Numbered from the stretch's first letter, positions 10,511 through 20,969 are shown. The stretch is 64,000 bases of DNA from Spirochaetota bacterium (GCA_965205605.1 CBDBHE010000007.1:416001-480000), one strand, 5' to 3'. The notes: generated from the sequence alone by a model not told the origin. Program-made: numbers and translations.

Positions 10511-12175
10511 TTGATGAAAAAAAAAAGCTATACCGCTATCATTATTAGCCCTTTACTAAAAAAAAATCCTTTGAGCGAGTTTCACAAACAAAAAGAACTC
10601 ACTCTCGTACACCAAAAACCTCTCATTGATTGGGTGATTAGAGCTTTTCAAGGATGTGATTTTATTAAAAAAATCATTGTTATTGCCAAAAAAGAAGTTG
10701 AAAAAACATTAGATTTTAGACATGTTAGTTTTAGAACTTATCTTGAAAATGATTTGTTTATCTCTGTTAATTTAAGAAATTTAAAAAAAACCATCGGGCA
10801 AGTCATAAGAGAATCTAGCCCGACTCATCCTTGTTTACTCACTTATAGTGATGCCATTTGGTTAAAGCCTACTATTTTAACAAACTACATCCAAACCATC
10901 GAATCTATAGAAGATTTTCAAGAAGATTTTTTAACGACTTTTATGAGCCCTTCAAATATTAAAACTAATATTCCCTCGAAAAAAGGTGGCTATTTACTTT
11001 ATCTAAAAAACCCTAAGGTATTACTTTCGATAATCAATCATTTAAAAACCAATCAAAAAGCAGCTGATTTTTTTACAGAGCCTTTAAAAGAAATTCATTC
11101 CCTTGTAAAGCAAAATCAAAAAAATTTCTCTACCAAAGCAATCCAAATAAAAGAAACCAATTTATTTAAAAGAGTTTGTGATCAAGAGATGCTAAAAAAA
11201 GCTCACGAAGAGCTTACTCCCCCTTGGAAAAAAGGCAAAAAAGTGATGGTGGTTTATAATCCAAATGCTGGAATAGGCCCTAAGATTCCCCTTATTTTAA
11301 GTAAAATTTTAGGGATTAAGCAAATTAATAAAAATGATAAAAAAAATACAGTCGAGCTTATCAAACAAATTAAACACTATCTAAGTGAGTATGGGTTAAA
11401 AACAGAAGTGAAAAAAACATTAAGACCCAAACATGCCATTAGTATCGCTAAACAATGTGTGAAGGAAAAGTATGATGTTGTGGTAGCAGTAGGCGGAGAT
11501 GGCTCGATTAATGAGGTGGTCAATGGGATTGCAAAAAGCAATGTTGCTTTAGGGGTCATTCCACAGGGAACGGCGAATGTGTTTTCTATTGAAATGAATT
11601 TACCAACCAATATTAAATCAGCTTGTCAAATCATTGCAGAAGGGAAAATAAAAAAAATTGATCTTGGGATTTTAAAAAATCGCTATTTTGTTTCGATAGC
11701 AGGTATTGGGTTTGATGCCTATGTTGCCAAGCGAGTTGATTCTAAACTAAAAAGAGCGTTTGGAGTTTTGGCCTATATTTTAATTATTTTTAGAGAATTT
11801 TTTCGTTATCCTTTTAAGCAGATTCGAGTCAAAATTGATAATCAACCTATTATTAGGAGAGGGTTTTTTGTTTTTATTGGTAATGGAAAATACTATGGAG
11901 GAGATCTTTTGATGACCCCTAAGGCTAAAATAAATGATGGTTATTTAGATGTTTGTATTTTAAAAGCAAAGGGTCTTTTTTCATTTTTACGGTTTCTTTG
12001 GGGGCTTAAAAGAGGGAAAATCCAAAAAAATGTCGATGTAGAATATTTTCAATTCAAAAAACTTGAAATTGTTAAAAGAAAAAAAAATCATTTAGCGCAT
12101 ATTGATTCAGAAGTCTCTGCTTGGACGCCACTTAAAATTAGAGTCGTCCCTGGGGGACTAAAAGTCATTTGTTAG
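10511..12175 (+). CDS. YegS/diacylglycerol kinase family lipid kinase with extra N-terminal NTP-transferase-like domain
   Basis: VYNPNAG, GGDGSINEVVNG, IPQGTANVF, GIGFDA, NGKYYGG, DGYLDV in C-terminal 310 aa; KPLIDWV...IKKIIVI in N-terminus. Confidence 0.85.
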   Translation: MMKKKSYTAIIISPLLKKNPLSEFHKQKELTLVHQKPLIDWVIRAFQGCDFIKKIIVIAKKEVEKTLDFRHVSFRTYLENDLFISVNLRNLKKTIGQVIRESSPTHPCLLTYSDAIWLKPTILTNYIQTIESIEDFQEDFLTTFMSPSNIKTNIPSKKGGYLLYLKNPKVLLSIINHLKTNQKAADFFTEPLKEIHSLVKQNQKNFSTKAIQIKETNLFKRVCDQEMLKKAHEELTPPWKKGKKVMVVYNPNAGIGPKIPLILSKILGIKQINKNDKKNTVELIKQIKHYLSEYGLKTEVKKTLRPKHAISIAKQCVKEKYDVVVAVGGDGSINEVVNGIAKSNVALGVIPQGTANVFSIEMNLPTNIKSACQIIAEGKIKKIDLGILKNRYFVSIAGIGFDAYVAKRVDSKLKRAFGVLAYILIIFREFFRYPFKQIRVKIDNQPIIRRGFFVFIGNGKYYGGDLLMTPKAKINDGYLDVCILKAKGLFSFLRFLWGLKRGKIQKNVDVEYFQFKKLEIVKRKKNHLAHIDSEVSAWTPLKIRVVPGGLKVIC

Positions 12176-12195
12176 CTTAATTTTTATTTAAAATT

Positions 12196-12669
12196 TTATT
12201 TCTTATCAAAAAAAGTGACGACTTGATCAATACAGTTTTCTTCTTTATAAGAAAATTTTGCAGAAAAAAAACGATTTTCTTCTATCCACTTGAGGAAGAA
12301 TCGATCAGAAGGCCATAAATTAAGAGCTTGTAAATTCTCATTCTCAATCCATTTTAAATTTCCTTCTTGACAATTTTTTATCATCGTGCCTTCAAATTGA
12401 TTTGAGGTATAAACAAACACATACCAATCTTCTTGTTGGTGATCAAAAAAAGGGAATGTCAAAATGCCTTTTAAATCAAATTGTATTAATTGATACCCCG
12501 ATTCTTCAAAAACTTCTCTTTTAAGAGCGTCTTCAGGACTTTCTCCTTTTTCAAATTTTCCTCCAATCCCATTCCATTTATTCTTATGGAGATCATTTTT
12601 CTTTTTAACACGATGTATCATCAATGTTTTGCCATTTTGCTTTAAATAACAAAGAACGGCTAGTTTCAT
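12196..12669 (-). CDS. Nudix hydrolase, 8-oxo-dGTP diphosphatase (MutT/MutX-like)
   Basis: Nudix box GGKFEKGESPEDALKREVFEESG; KWNGIGG and LWPSD as in the MutX/NUDT1 subfamily. Confidence 0.88.
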   Translation of the reverse strand: MKLAVLCYLKQNGKTLMIHRVKKKNDLHKNKWNGIGGKFEKGESPEDALKREVFEESGYQLIQFDLKGILTFPFFDHQQEDWYVFVYTSNQFEGTMIKNCQEGNLKWIENENLQALNLWPSDRFFLKWIEENRFFSAKFSYKEENCIDQVVTFFDKK

Positions 12670-12673
12670 CTTT

Positions 12674-13546
12674 TTAAACCCATTTTTTAGGCTGATAATA
12701 AGCGTTCATGGTTTCTTCAAAAGAGTCTTTTTTAATTTGTCGATCATAAGGAAACGTAACCGTTGTGGGCAAAGACATTAAAATAGATTCAGTTTTTCCA
12801 CCTGCTTTAAGGCCAAAAGCTGTCCCCCTGTCATAGAGCAAATTAAATTCAACATACCGCCCTCGCCTCCATAGTTGAAATTCTTTTTCAGCCAAGCTAC
12901 TGGTTTCATTTTTTCTAAGAGAGATAATTTTAAGATAAAAAGGGAGCAAAGCATCCCCTACATTTTTAACAAGCTCAAAGGCTTTTTCATCTTTTAAATG
13001 ATCAAAAAAAATCCCCCCAATGCCTCTCATTTCACCTCGATGAGGAAGGGTAAAATAACGATCACATTCTGCCTTAAAAGCTTCATAACAATCTAAATGC
13101 GTTTTTAAAACAGCTTGTTTCATGCTTTTATGAAATAAAATAAAATCTGCTTCGTGAGGATAATAAGGCGTAAGATCAACACCACCCCCAAACCAAAAAG
13201 TATTTTTAGTTTCAAAATAACGCACGTTCATATGAATAGTGGGAATTTTAGGGGAAGAAGGGTGAAAAATTAAAGATAGCCCACAAGCAGAAAAAGGTTC
13301 TTTTCTTACTTTAAGTAAAGTAGCCACCTCACCTGACATCATAGAACTAACCGAAGAAACTCCTATCCCTGCTTTTTCAAAAATATCGCTGTCTAAAAGA
13401 ATCGTTGTTAGTCCCTTTCCTATCTCAGGGTTAGACCAAGGGGCTTGATGAAACTTTTTACTATCGATCTTTTCTAAAGCAGCGTACATCTTCTTTTGAA
13501 GGGAAGAAATATACAAAAACATAGACTCAAATTGTTTGGAAGGCAC
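12674..13546 (-). CDS. hemF: Oxygen-dependent coproporphyrinogen III oxidase
   Basis: PTIHMNVRYF, WFGGGVDLTP, RGIGGIFFD, RRGRYVEFNLLYDRGT. Confidence 0.96.
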   Translation of the reverse strand: MPSKQFESMFLYISSLQKKMYAALEKIDSKKFHQAPWSNPEIGKGLTTILLDSDIFEKAGIGVSSVSSMMSGEVATLLKVRKEPFSACGLSLIFHPSSPKIPTIHMNVRYFETKNTFWFGGGVDLTPYYPHEADFILFHKSMKQAVLKTHLDCYEAFKAECDRYFTLPHRGEMRGIGGIFFDHLKDEKAFELVKNVGDALLPFYLKIISLRKNETSSLAEKEFQLWRRGRYVEFNLLYDRGTAFGLKAGGKTESILMSLPTTVTFPYDRQIKKDSFEETMNAYYQPKKWV

Positions 13547-13636
13547 TACTTTTTTTAAAAAAAGAGATTTTTAAGAGATTTTTATATGCATTCTAAAATT
13601 AAAAAAAAAAAATTGATAGCCTAGAAAAAGAAAATT

Positions 13637-13665
13637 TTGACATCAAAAAAAGCGTACGATACAAT
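13637..13665 (+). promoter_or_regulatory. Sigma70 promoter, predicted leaderless transcript
   Basis: TTGACA-17 bp-TACAAT; expected +1 falls on the GTG at 13672. Confidence 0.6.
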
Positions 13666-13671
13666 TTAAGT

Positions 13672-14553
13672 GTGTTGAATGAAAAAAACAGTGCCAAATC
13701 ACTAACGTCTTTAATGAATCAAATTGTTAAAAAAATTCCCTTTGATTTTCCAGAAAGCGAATCTTACTTAAACAAAGACGAGCACATTCACTCCAATATT
13801 CTTTTTTCTATTACTCCTCCACTACCAATTTCAAATCAAAAAAAAAAGATTTTAAGCACCATCATTGAGCTCACCAACACCACCCTTAATATTCACAGTG
13901 ATATTCTAAACCCCTATAAGCATTTGAATAAAAACAACCATTTTGAAGAAAAAAACAAACAAAGGATTTTAGCTGGCGATTATTATTTTTCTCATGCCTT
14001 GAGTTTAATTCCAGAAATTGAAAATCAAAAAGTTGAAATTTTTATTTATCAACAAATTCAAAAAGCTTGTCTTGGCAGGCTTCATGTCGAATCTAAAACC
14101 AACCCTCAAATGCCAAAAAATATTAGAGAATACAAAAAAATCATTTTATCTAAAATAGATCCTTTATTTTTATGTTGTTTTACGATTCCCTTTATGCTAG
14201 GCAATCATTCAAAAAAAACATTGTCGATTTTAAAAGAAATTTCTAAAAAATTTTCACTCCTTTATCAATTTACTCAAGATTACAAAGAACTTTCTAAAAA
14301 AAATGGAACTAGTTCAAAAAAAAATAGCCTATGGTCTCATCTTTGGGAAAAAGAAATTAAAAAAAAGTTAGTTGATTTATCAAAAAAAACAAATGGCAAT
14401 CTTGAAAAAGAAACCATCCATTTTATAAAAAAAACTCTCTGTGAAAAGATGGAAACTTTAAAGAAAAAATATTTTTATCAAAAAAAAAATTATTTTCAAA
14501 TGGATCAATTATTTTATAGTTTGCCTAAAATTGAATATTTTTCAAACCTCTAA
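13672..14553 (+). CDS. Degenerate polyprenyl diphosphate synthase-like protein
   Basis: IIELTNTTLNIHSDIL (ELxHxAxLxHDD), ILAGDYYFSHA, KFSLLYQFTQDY (G.AFQI.DD); both DDxxD motifs eroded. Confidence 0.7.
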   Translation: MLNEKNSAKSLTSLMNQIVKKIPFDFPESESYLNKDEHIHSNILFSITPPLPISNQKKKILSTIIELTNTTLNIHSDILNPYKHLNKNNHFEEKNKQRILAGDYYFSHALSLIPEIENQKVEIFIYQQIQKACLGRLHVESKTNPQMPKNIREYKKIILSKIDPLFLCCFTIPFMLGNHSKKTLSILKEISKKFSLLYQFTQDYKELSKKNGTSSKKNSLWSHLWEKEIKKKLVDLSKKTNGNLEKETIHFIKKTLCEKMETLKKKYFYQKKNYFQMDQLFYSLPKIEYFSNL

Positions 14554-14859
14554 AACATCCCTCATCCACTTTAAATAAAAACGACTACCCCCTTTAATAG
14601 ACCAAAAAACAATACAAGGGTTTTCATAAGGGTGATATTCTTTGAGTTTTTTTACAAGGTGTTTTTTTTTAATCATCATTGTTTTGCCAATGACTAATGT
14701 TTCTTTTTCACAAACGATTTTCTGATCCCAAAAATAAAGAGAATCAGCGGTAGGGATTAAATTAGCACAAGCAATTAACTTTTGTTCTAATAATTTAAAA
14801 ATAACTTGTTTTGCTTTAGGTTTAGAAGGGAAAGTGGTGTAAAAAGTAAGGTACTTCAT
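14542..14859 (-). CDS. cutA: Divalent-cation tolerance protein CutA
   Basis: LIACAN, SLYFW, HPYENP. Confidence 0.92.
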   Translation of the reverse strand: MKYLTFYTTFPSKPKAKQVIFKLLEQKLIACANLIPTADSLYFWDQKIVCEKETLVIGKTMMIKKKHLVKKLKEYHPYENPCIVFWSIKGGSRFYLKWMRDVLEV

Positions 14860-16343
14860 TAAAGCGGTGTTTTAAGAGAATCGCCTTTAGCATTAATTTT
14901 ACAAACATGTTGATGGTTTTTATTCAAATACAAATCGACATAACGAGCACATTCTCTTCCTTCAAGGATTGCCCAAACAACCAAAGACTGACCCCTTCTA
15001 GCATCCCCACAAGCAAAAACACCTTTCTGATTGGTTTGATAAGAATTTTCTTTGGCATCGATATTACCTTTAGAGCTTTTTTTTAAATCTAGCTCTTTTA
15101 AAACATCTCCATGATTAGGGTGCAAAAACCCCATTGCCAAAAAAATAAGATCTGCTTTTACAATAAAATCTGTATTGGGTATTTCTTCAAATCCTATTGG
15201 AATGCCTTTTGAAAATTGATTCCATTTAAGGCGCACACATTTAAGACCTTCCAAGTTTCCTTTGGCATTACTGATAAACTCTTTTGTCAAAAGACCAAAT
15301 TCTCTTTGGCAGCCTTCTTCTTGAGAAGAGGAAGTCCTAAAGATTCGATCATAAAGAGGCCAAGGCATGGAGAGGTCTCTTGAAAAAGGAGGTTTATCCA
15401 TAAGCTCGATTTGAGTCACTTTTTTGGCTTGCTGGCGAATGGAAGTCCCAACACAATCAGAGCCTGTATCGCCTCCCCCTAAAACTACAACATGCTTTCC
15501 TCGTGCACTAATGAATGAATCCCCAAGATTATCTCCTGCTACTTTTTTATTATTAGCGATGAGAAAATCCATTGCAAAATAAACCCCATGACTCTGGCGA
15601 CCTTTAATAGGAAGATTTCTTGGGGTTTGGGAGCCTATAGCAATAACAATAGCATCGTATTGTTTAGTAAGTTGATTTTTACTAATATCTCTTCCAACTA
15701 AAACAGAAGTTTTAAAAACAATGCCTTCTTGTTGTAAAAGATTAATACGTCTATCAAGAATATTTTTTTCTAGTTTAAAGTCAGGAATCCCATAACGAAG
15801 AAGCCCACCGATACGATCTGATTTTTCGTAAACGGTGACATGGTGACCTGCTTTATTAAGTTGATCGGCACACGCAAGCCCTGCAGGCCCTGATCCAACA
15901 ATGACAATTTTTTTACCAGTCCTTTTAAGGACTTTTTTAGGTTTTACTTTACCATCTAAAAAAGCTCTTTCTGCAATGGCGTGTTCAATAACTTTAATGG
16001 CAACAGGTGGCTTATTAATCCCTAAAACACATGCTGATTCACATGGGGCAGGGCAAATGCGACCCGTTACTTCAGGAAAATTATTCGTACTACTAAGAGA
16101 ATAATAAGCTTGTTCCCATTGATTTTTATAAGTAAAATGATTCCAATCAGGGATAATATTACCAAGAGGACAGCCTTGATGACAAAAAGGCACTCCGCAA
16201 TCCATGCATCGAGCTCCTTGGTTTTGTAGCTCATCTTCTTTTAAAGGAACAAGAAATTCTTTATAATGAGTTTTTCTTTTTTCAATGGCCTGATAAGCAT
16301 TAACTTTTCTTTCATATTCTTTAAATCCAGTTAACTTACCCAT
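14859..16343 (-). CDS. gltD: Glutamate synthase small subunit
   Basis: QGARCMDCGVPFCHQGCP, GSGPAG, GGGDTGSDC, RRGQSLVVWAI. Confidence 0.96.
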   Translation of the reverse strand: MGKLTGFKEYERKVNAYQAIEKRKTHYKEFLVPLKEDELQNQGARCMDCGVPFCHQGCPLGNIIPDWNHFTYKNQWEQAYYSLSSTNNFPEVTGRICPAPCESACVLGINKPPVAIKVIEHAIAERAFLDGKVKPKKVLKRTGKKIVIVGSGPAGLACADQLNKAGHHVTVYEKSDRIGGLLRYGIPDFKLEKNILDRRINLLQQEGIVFKTSVLVGRDISKNQLTKQYDAIVIAIGSQTPRNLPIKGRQSHGVYFAMDFLIANNKKVAGDNLGDSFISARGKHVVVLGGGDTGSDCVGTSIRQQAKKVTQIELMDKPPFSRDLSMPWPLYDRIFRTSSSQEEGCQREFGLLTKEFISNAKGNLEGLKCVRLKWNQFSKGIPIGFEEIPNTDFIVKADLIFLAMGFLHPNHGDVLKELDLKKSSKGNIDAKENSYQTNQKGVFACGDARRGQSLVVWAILEGRECARYVDLYLNKNHQHVCKINAKGDSLKTPL

Positions 16344-16366
16344 GGTGAAATCCTTCAAAAAATAAA

Positions 16367-19300
16367 TTAAGCACTTTTTTTTTCCTTAAATGCTAAAAGG
16401 ACTCTTTTATAATCTTTTGGGATTACTTTTAAAAATTGATGAGAAAGTGTTTGCCAATCTTTTAAAACCTTCTCTGCTTGAATACTATGGACTAATTGAT
16501 GATAAGTTTCAATTTCTTCTTTTAAATAATCAATATCTTCTTTAGAAAGAGGATCTAAATCAATCATTTCTAAATTAATATTTTGTTGATATTTTTTTTT
16601 CCCTTCAAAAATATAAGCAATGCCTCCACTCATACCAGCAGCAAAGTTTCTGCCAATAGCCCCTAAAATAATGACTCGCCCACCTGTCATATATTCACAT
16701 CCATGCTCTCCGATTGATTCGACGACAACCTTAGCTCCAGAATTTCTCACACAAAATCTCTCTCCGGCAAGTCCCCCTATATACGCTTTACCTGAAGTCG
16801 CTCCATAAAAAGCAACATTACCCATAATCACATTTTCATGAGCGATGAGTTTTGATTTTTTAGGGTGATACAAAATCAACTTTGCCCCACAAAGACCTTT
16901 TGCAAAATAATCATTCACATCTCCTTCAATCTCAAATGTTAGTCCTTTGGCACCAAAAGCAGCGAAGCTTTGTCCAACCGAACCTTTTATTTTAAGAGAA
17001 ATATGGTCTTCAGGTAGGCCTTTTTCTCCAAAACGCCTAGAAATTTCAGAAGATAAAATCGTCCCAAACGCCCTATTTTTATTGGTCATAGAAAGGTTTT
17101 CTCGATATGGTTTTTTTTCATCTAAATGGATTTTCATCCTAGAAAGGATTTGATAATCCAAAGAGTTTTTAAGAATATTCTCTTGTCCTCTACAACAAAA
17201 TTGCTGATTGATTTTTATACCTTCGCCCATATGATAAAGCAAGCGATTTAAATCGATCGTTTTGGCTTTAGAGTGGGTAATCTTGTCTTTCATTTTAAGC
17301 TTATCGGTCCTACCAATCATTTCATCAACGGTTTTAAAGCCAAGCTTAGCCATGATTTCTCTTACTTCCTTGGCAATAAAATGAAACAAATTAACAACGT
17401 GATCAGCTTGACCGGTAAAAAGTTTTCTAAGATCTTTATCTTGGGTAGCCACCCCCACCGGGCATGTGTTGAGATGGCACTTTCGCATCATAATACACCC
17501 CATAGCCACCAAAGCGGCTGTAGCCACCCCCCATTCTTCAGCTCCCAACAAAGCAGCTATCACCACATCACGACCCGTTTTAATTTGCCCATCTGTTTGG
17601 ACAACAATGCGATCTCGCAGTTTATTTCTCAGTAACACTTGGTGGGTCTCAGCGAGGCCTAGTTCCCAAGGAAGACCTGCATGCTTAATGGAAGTCAGTG
17701 GTGAAGCTCCCGTCCCTCCGTCATAACCTGCAATCACCACCAAGTCAGCATACGCTTTAGCCACCCCAGAAGCAATCGTACCAACACCGACTTCAGAAAC
17801 CAACTTGACACTCACTCGAGCTCTATCATTAGAATTTTTAAGATCAAAAATAAGCTGTGCTAAATCTTCAATGGAGTAAATATCATGGTGAGGGGGAGGA
17901 GAAATAAGACCAACTCCTGGAGTAGAACAACGGACTCTAGCTATCGTTGTGTCTACTTTATGACCTGGTAATTGGCCCCCTTCACCTGGTTTGGCCCCTT
18001 GAGCAATTTTAATTTGAATTTCTTTGGCATGAACTAAATAGTTAGAAGTGACCCCAAAACGACCTGAGGCCACTTGTTTAATCGCCGAGCATAAATCATC
18101 TCCATTGCCTTGAGGCTTAAAACGAATCGGATCTTCACCTCCTTCTCCAGTATTACTCTTACCCCCAATACGGTTCATCGCAATGGCAAGCGTCGTGTGA
18201 GCTTCCCAAGAAATCGAACCAAAAGACATCGCTCCTGTAGCAAAACGTTTGGTAATGGCTTCAATAGATTCTACGTCTTCAAGCGAAATAGGGTTTTGAT
18301 TTTTAAAATCCAAAAGACCTCTAATAGTTGTTGGAAAATCTTTTTGTTGATTAATAATATCTGCATATTCTTGATACACACTATAATCATTAAGCCTACA
18401 AGCATGCTGAAGCTTATGAATGGTCGTCGGATTAAAAAGATGCCTTTCTCCCCTATGCCTCCAAGCATACTGACCTCCTGGATCAAAATCATTGACTTCT
18501 GTTGTTTCTTCTTTTACAAATCCATAGGCTTCTTGGTGTTTTTTATACGCTTCTTCCTCTAAAAGTTCAAAGCCAATTCCCCCAATCCTAGAAACAGTCC
18601 CTGGAAAACATTCATTGATAAAGGCTTCATTTAAACCAACCGCTTCAAAAATTTGAGCCCCCCTGTATGAACGTAATGTCGAAATCCCCATCTTAGACAT
18701 AACTTTTAAGATTCCTTTTTCAACAGCTTTGATGTAATTTTTTATGAGAGCACTTGTCTGCATTTCTTTTTCAACAAGCCCCTCATTAATAAGCCCCTGC
18801 ACACTAGCAAAAACTAAATAAGGGTTAACCGCACTGGCTCCATACGCAAGTAAAAGCATAAAATGATGGATTTCTCTTACTTCTGCTGTTTGCAAAACAA
18901 TATCCGCAAAAGCTCGCCTCCCTAAGGGAATCAAATGATGATGCACCACCGAAGTCGCTAGCAAACAAGGAATGGGAATCTGGTTTTCATTTGGAAACTG
19001 ATCACTTAAAATCAAAAGACAGTAATCATCTTTTACAGCTTGCTGGGCTTGTTGTTTTAAATCTTCAATCGCTTTTTTAAGACCTGTTTTTTTATCAAAA
19101 AAAAGAGATAAAGTTTTAGATCGAAATTTTTTTTGAGTTAAAGTTTTTAATTTTAAAAAAGCATCATTACTTAAAACAGGGCTTTCAAGTTCTATTAAAA
19201 GATTAGTTTCAAGCTTATTAGATAAAATATTTCTTTTAGAGCCTAAAATCACCCCTAGATTCATAACTCGTTTTTCTCTAATAGAGTCAATCGGTGGATT

Positions 19301-20908
19301 AGTGACTTGAGCAAAAAGTTGATAAAAATAATTAAAAAGACTTTGAGGTTTTTCAGAAAAAACAGCCAGTGGTGTGTCCGCACCCATTGAACCAATTGGT
19401 TCTGCCGCCGAGTTCATCATCGGCGCTAAAATTATTTTAAAATCTTCCATGGTATACCCAAAACATTTTTGATACTTAAACAAAGACTCTAAATCTAAAA
19501 AAACCTTTTGAGAAGGCTCCGTGACTGTTTTTAAATGATTTGAAAAAGGAATTAAATTAGTTTCATTTGTAGCAAAATAATGTTCTAAAGAAGCCATTTT
19601 TTTTTTAATGGCATCGTTAAAAGAAACCACTCCTTTTTGTAAATCAATCGAAAAAATCCCTCCTGGTTTCAGCCTCCCTTTTAAAGCAATCTTTTCATCT
19701 TCGACTTCGATCACACCTGTTTCTGAAGACATAATAAAAAAATCATCCTTTGTTAAATAAAATCTTGATGGTCTTAGGCCATTTCGATCTAAACAAGCGG
19801 CTACAAAATCCCCATTGGAAAACACGACCGAAGCTGGCCCATCCCAAGGCTCAACAAGAGTGGCATGATAACGATAAAACGCTTTTAAACTAGGCTCCAT
19901 AAGCACATCATTTTCCCAAGCTTCGGGGATTAGCATCATCATCGCATGCTCAATACAATGCCCTGTTAAAACAAGTAGCTCAAACATCTGATCCAAAGTC
20001 GCCGAATCAGAAGTTTCTTCACTTAAAATAGGTTTAATAATTTCAAGATCTTCTTTAGAAAAAAACTCAGAAGTAAAAATCGCCTCTTTAGAACGACACC
20101 AATTAATATTACCTCTTAAAGTGTTAATTTCTCCATTATGTGCTAAAAAACGAAATGGTTGTGCCAGCGGCCAAGAAGGATGCGTATTTGTTGAAAATCG
20201 ACTATGCACTAAAGCTAAAGCCGATTTAAAAAGAGGATCTTTTAAATCAAAAAAATACTCTTCTAATTGATTGGTGGTTAACATTCCTTTATAAACAATC
20301 GTCCGACAAGAAAGACTAGGAACATGAAAAAAAAATTTTTCTTTTAAAGTAGACCTTCGTACTTGATGTTCAACGGATTTACGTAAAATATAAAGTTTTC
20401 GTTCAAAAGCAAGATCATCTTTTAAAGCAGGATTTCGAGCAATGAAAATTTGTTCCATTTTAGGCTCTTGTTTCAAAGCCCCCTCACCTAAATTAGCAGC
20501 ATTGACACGCATCTCTCTCCAGTCAATAATCGAAAGACCCCATCGCTTCGCTTCCTTTTGAAAAAGTTGCTTAATGATTTCTCGTTCTTTTTGATCTTTT
20601 GGAAGAAAAACAATGCCAGGAGCATAATCTCTTTCTTGAGGAAGAGCCATTTTTTTTTTTTCAAAAACTTTTAAAAAAAATTCGTGAGGGATCTGAACTA
20701 AAATTCCAGCTCCATCTCCCGAGTTTGCTTCAGCTCCTTTGGCACCTCTGTGATCAACACTTTTTAAAAGTTCAAAACCTTTTTCAATCACTTCATGAGA
20801 TTTTTCATTTTTTATATGACAATAAAAACCAACCCCACAAGCATCGTGTTCGTATTGAGAAAACCAAAGTCCCTCTGATTTTAAAACAACCTCTTTATTT
20901 TGTATCAT
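16367..20908 (-). CDS. gltB: Glutamate synthase large subunit
   Basis: EHDACGVGF, HSRFSTNT, HNGEINT, QGAKPGEGGQLPG, CIMMRKCHLNTCPVG. Confidence 0.98.
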   Translation of the reverse strand: MIQNKEVVLKSEGLWFSQYEHDACGVGFYCHIKNEKSHEVIEKGFELLKSVDHRGAKGAEANSGDGAGILVQIPHEFFLKVFEKKKMALPQERDYAPGIVFLPKDQKEREIIKQLFQKEAKRWGLSIIDWREMRVNAANLGEGALKQEPKMEQIFIARNPALKDDLAFERKLYILRKSVEHQVRRSTLKEKFFFHVPSLSCRTIVYKGMLTTNQLEEYFFDLKDPLFKSALALVHSRFSTNTHPSWPLAQPFRFLAHNGEINTLRGNINWCRSKEAIFTSEFFSKEDLEIIKPILSEETSDSATLDQMFELLVLTGHCIEHAMMMLIPEAWENDVLMEPSLKAFYRYHATLVEPWDGPASVVFSNGDFVAACLDRNGLRPSRFYLTKDDFFIMSSETGVIEVEDEKIALKGRLKPGGIFSIDLQKGVVSFNDAIKKKMASLEHYFATNETNLIPFSNHLKTVTEPSQKVFLDLESLFKYQKCFGYTMEDFKIILAPMMNSAAEPIGSMGADTPLAVFSEKPQSLFNYFYQLFAQVTNPPIDSIREKRVMNLGVILGSKRNILSNKLETNLLIELESPVLSNDAFLKLKTLTQKKFRSKTLSLFFDKKTGLKKAIEDLKQQAQQAVKDDYCLLILSDQFPNENQIPIPCLLATSVVHHHLIPLGRRAFADIVLQTAEVREIHHFMLLLAYGASAVNPYLVFASVQGLINEGLVEKEMQTSALIKNYIKAVEKGILKVMSKMGISTLRSYRGAQIFEAVGLNEAFINECFPGTVSRIGGIGFELLEEEAYKKHQEAYGFVKEETTEVNDFDPGGQYAWRHRGERHLFNPTTIHKLQHACRLNDYSVYQEYADIINQQKDFPTTIRGLLDFKNQNPISLEDVESIEAITKRFATGAMSFGSISWEAHTTLAIAMNRIGGKSNTGEGGEDPIRFKPQGNGDDLCSAIKQVASGRFGVTSNYLVHAKEIQIKIAQGAKPGEGGQLPGHKVDTTIARVRCSTPGVGLISPPPHHDIYSIEDLAQLIFDLKNSNDRARVSVKLVSEVGVGTIASGVAKAYADLVVIAGYDGGTGASPLTSIKHAGLPWELGLAETHQVLLRNKLRDRIVVQTDGQIKTGRDVVIAALLGAEEWGVATAALVAMGCIMMRKCHLNTCPVGVATQDKDLRKLFTGQADHVVNLFHFIAKEVREIMAKLGFKTVDEMIGRTDKLKMKDKITHSKAKTIDLNRLLYHMGEGIKINQQFCCRGQENILKNSLDYQILSRMKIHLDEKKPYRENLSMTNKNRAFGTILSSEISRRFGEKGLPEDHISLKIKGSVGQSFAAFGAKGLTFEIEGDVNDYFAKGLCGAKLILYHPKKSKLIAHENVIMGNVAFYGATSGKAYIGGLAGERFCVRNSGAKVVVESIGEHGCEYMTGGRVIILGAIGRNFAAGMSGGIAYIFEGKKKYQQNINLEMIDLDPLSKEDIDYLKEEIETYHQLVHSIQAEKVLKDWQTLSHQFLKVIPKDYKRVLLAFKEKKSA

Positions 20909-20969
20909 TTTCAAGTAAAATATTTAAAATATCACCTATTTTTAAAGTGTATTATGTTAAGTAAAATTT

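Noticed and set aside
15901-20964. Many plus-strand ORFs of 60-150 aa opposite gltB/gltD, and similar ones opposite aspS, lysS, mnmE and liv genes
   Set aside because: Antisense or alternative-frame shadows of well-supported genes, with no motifs of their own
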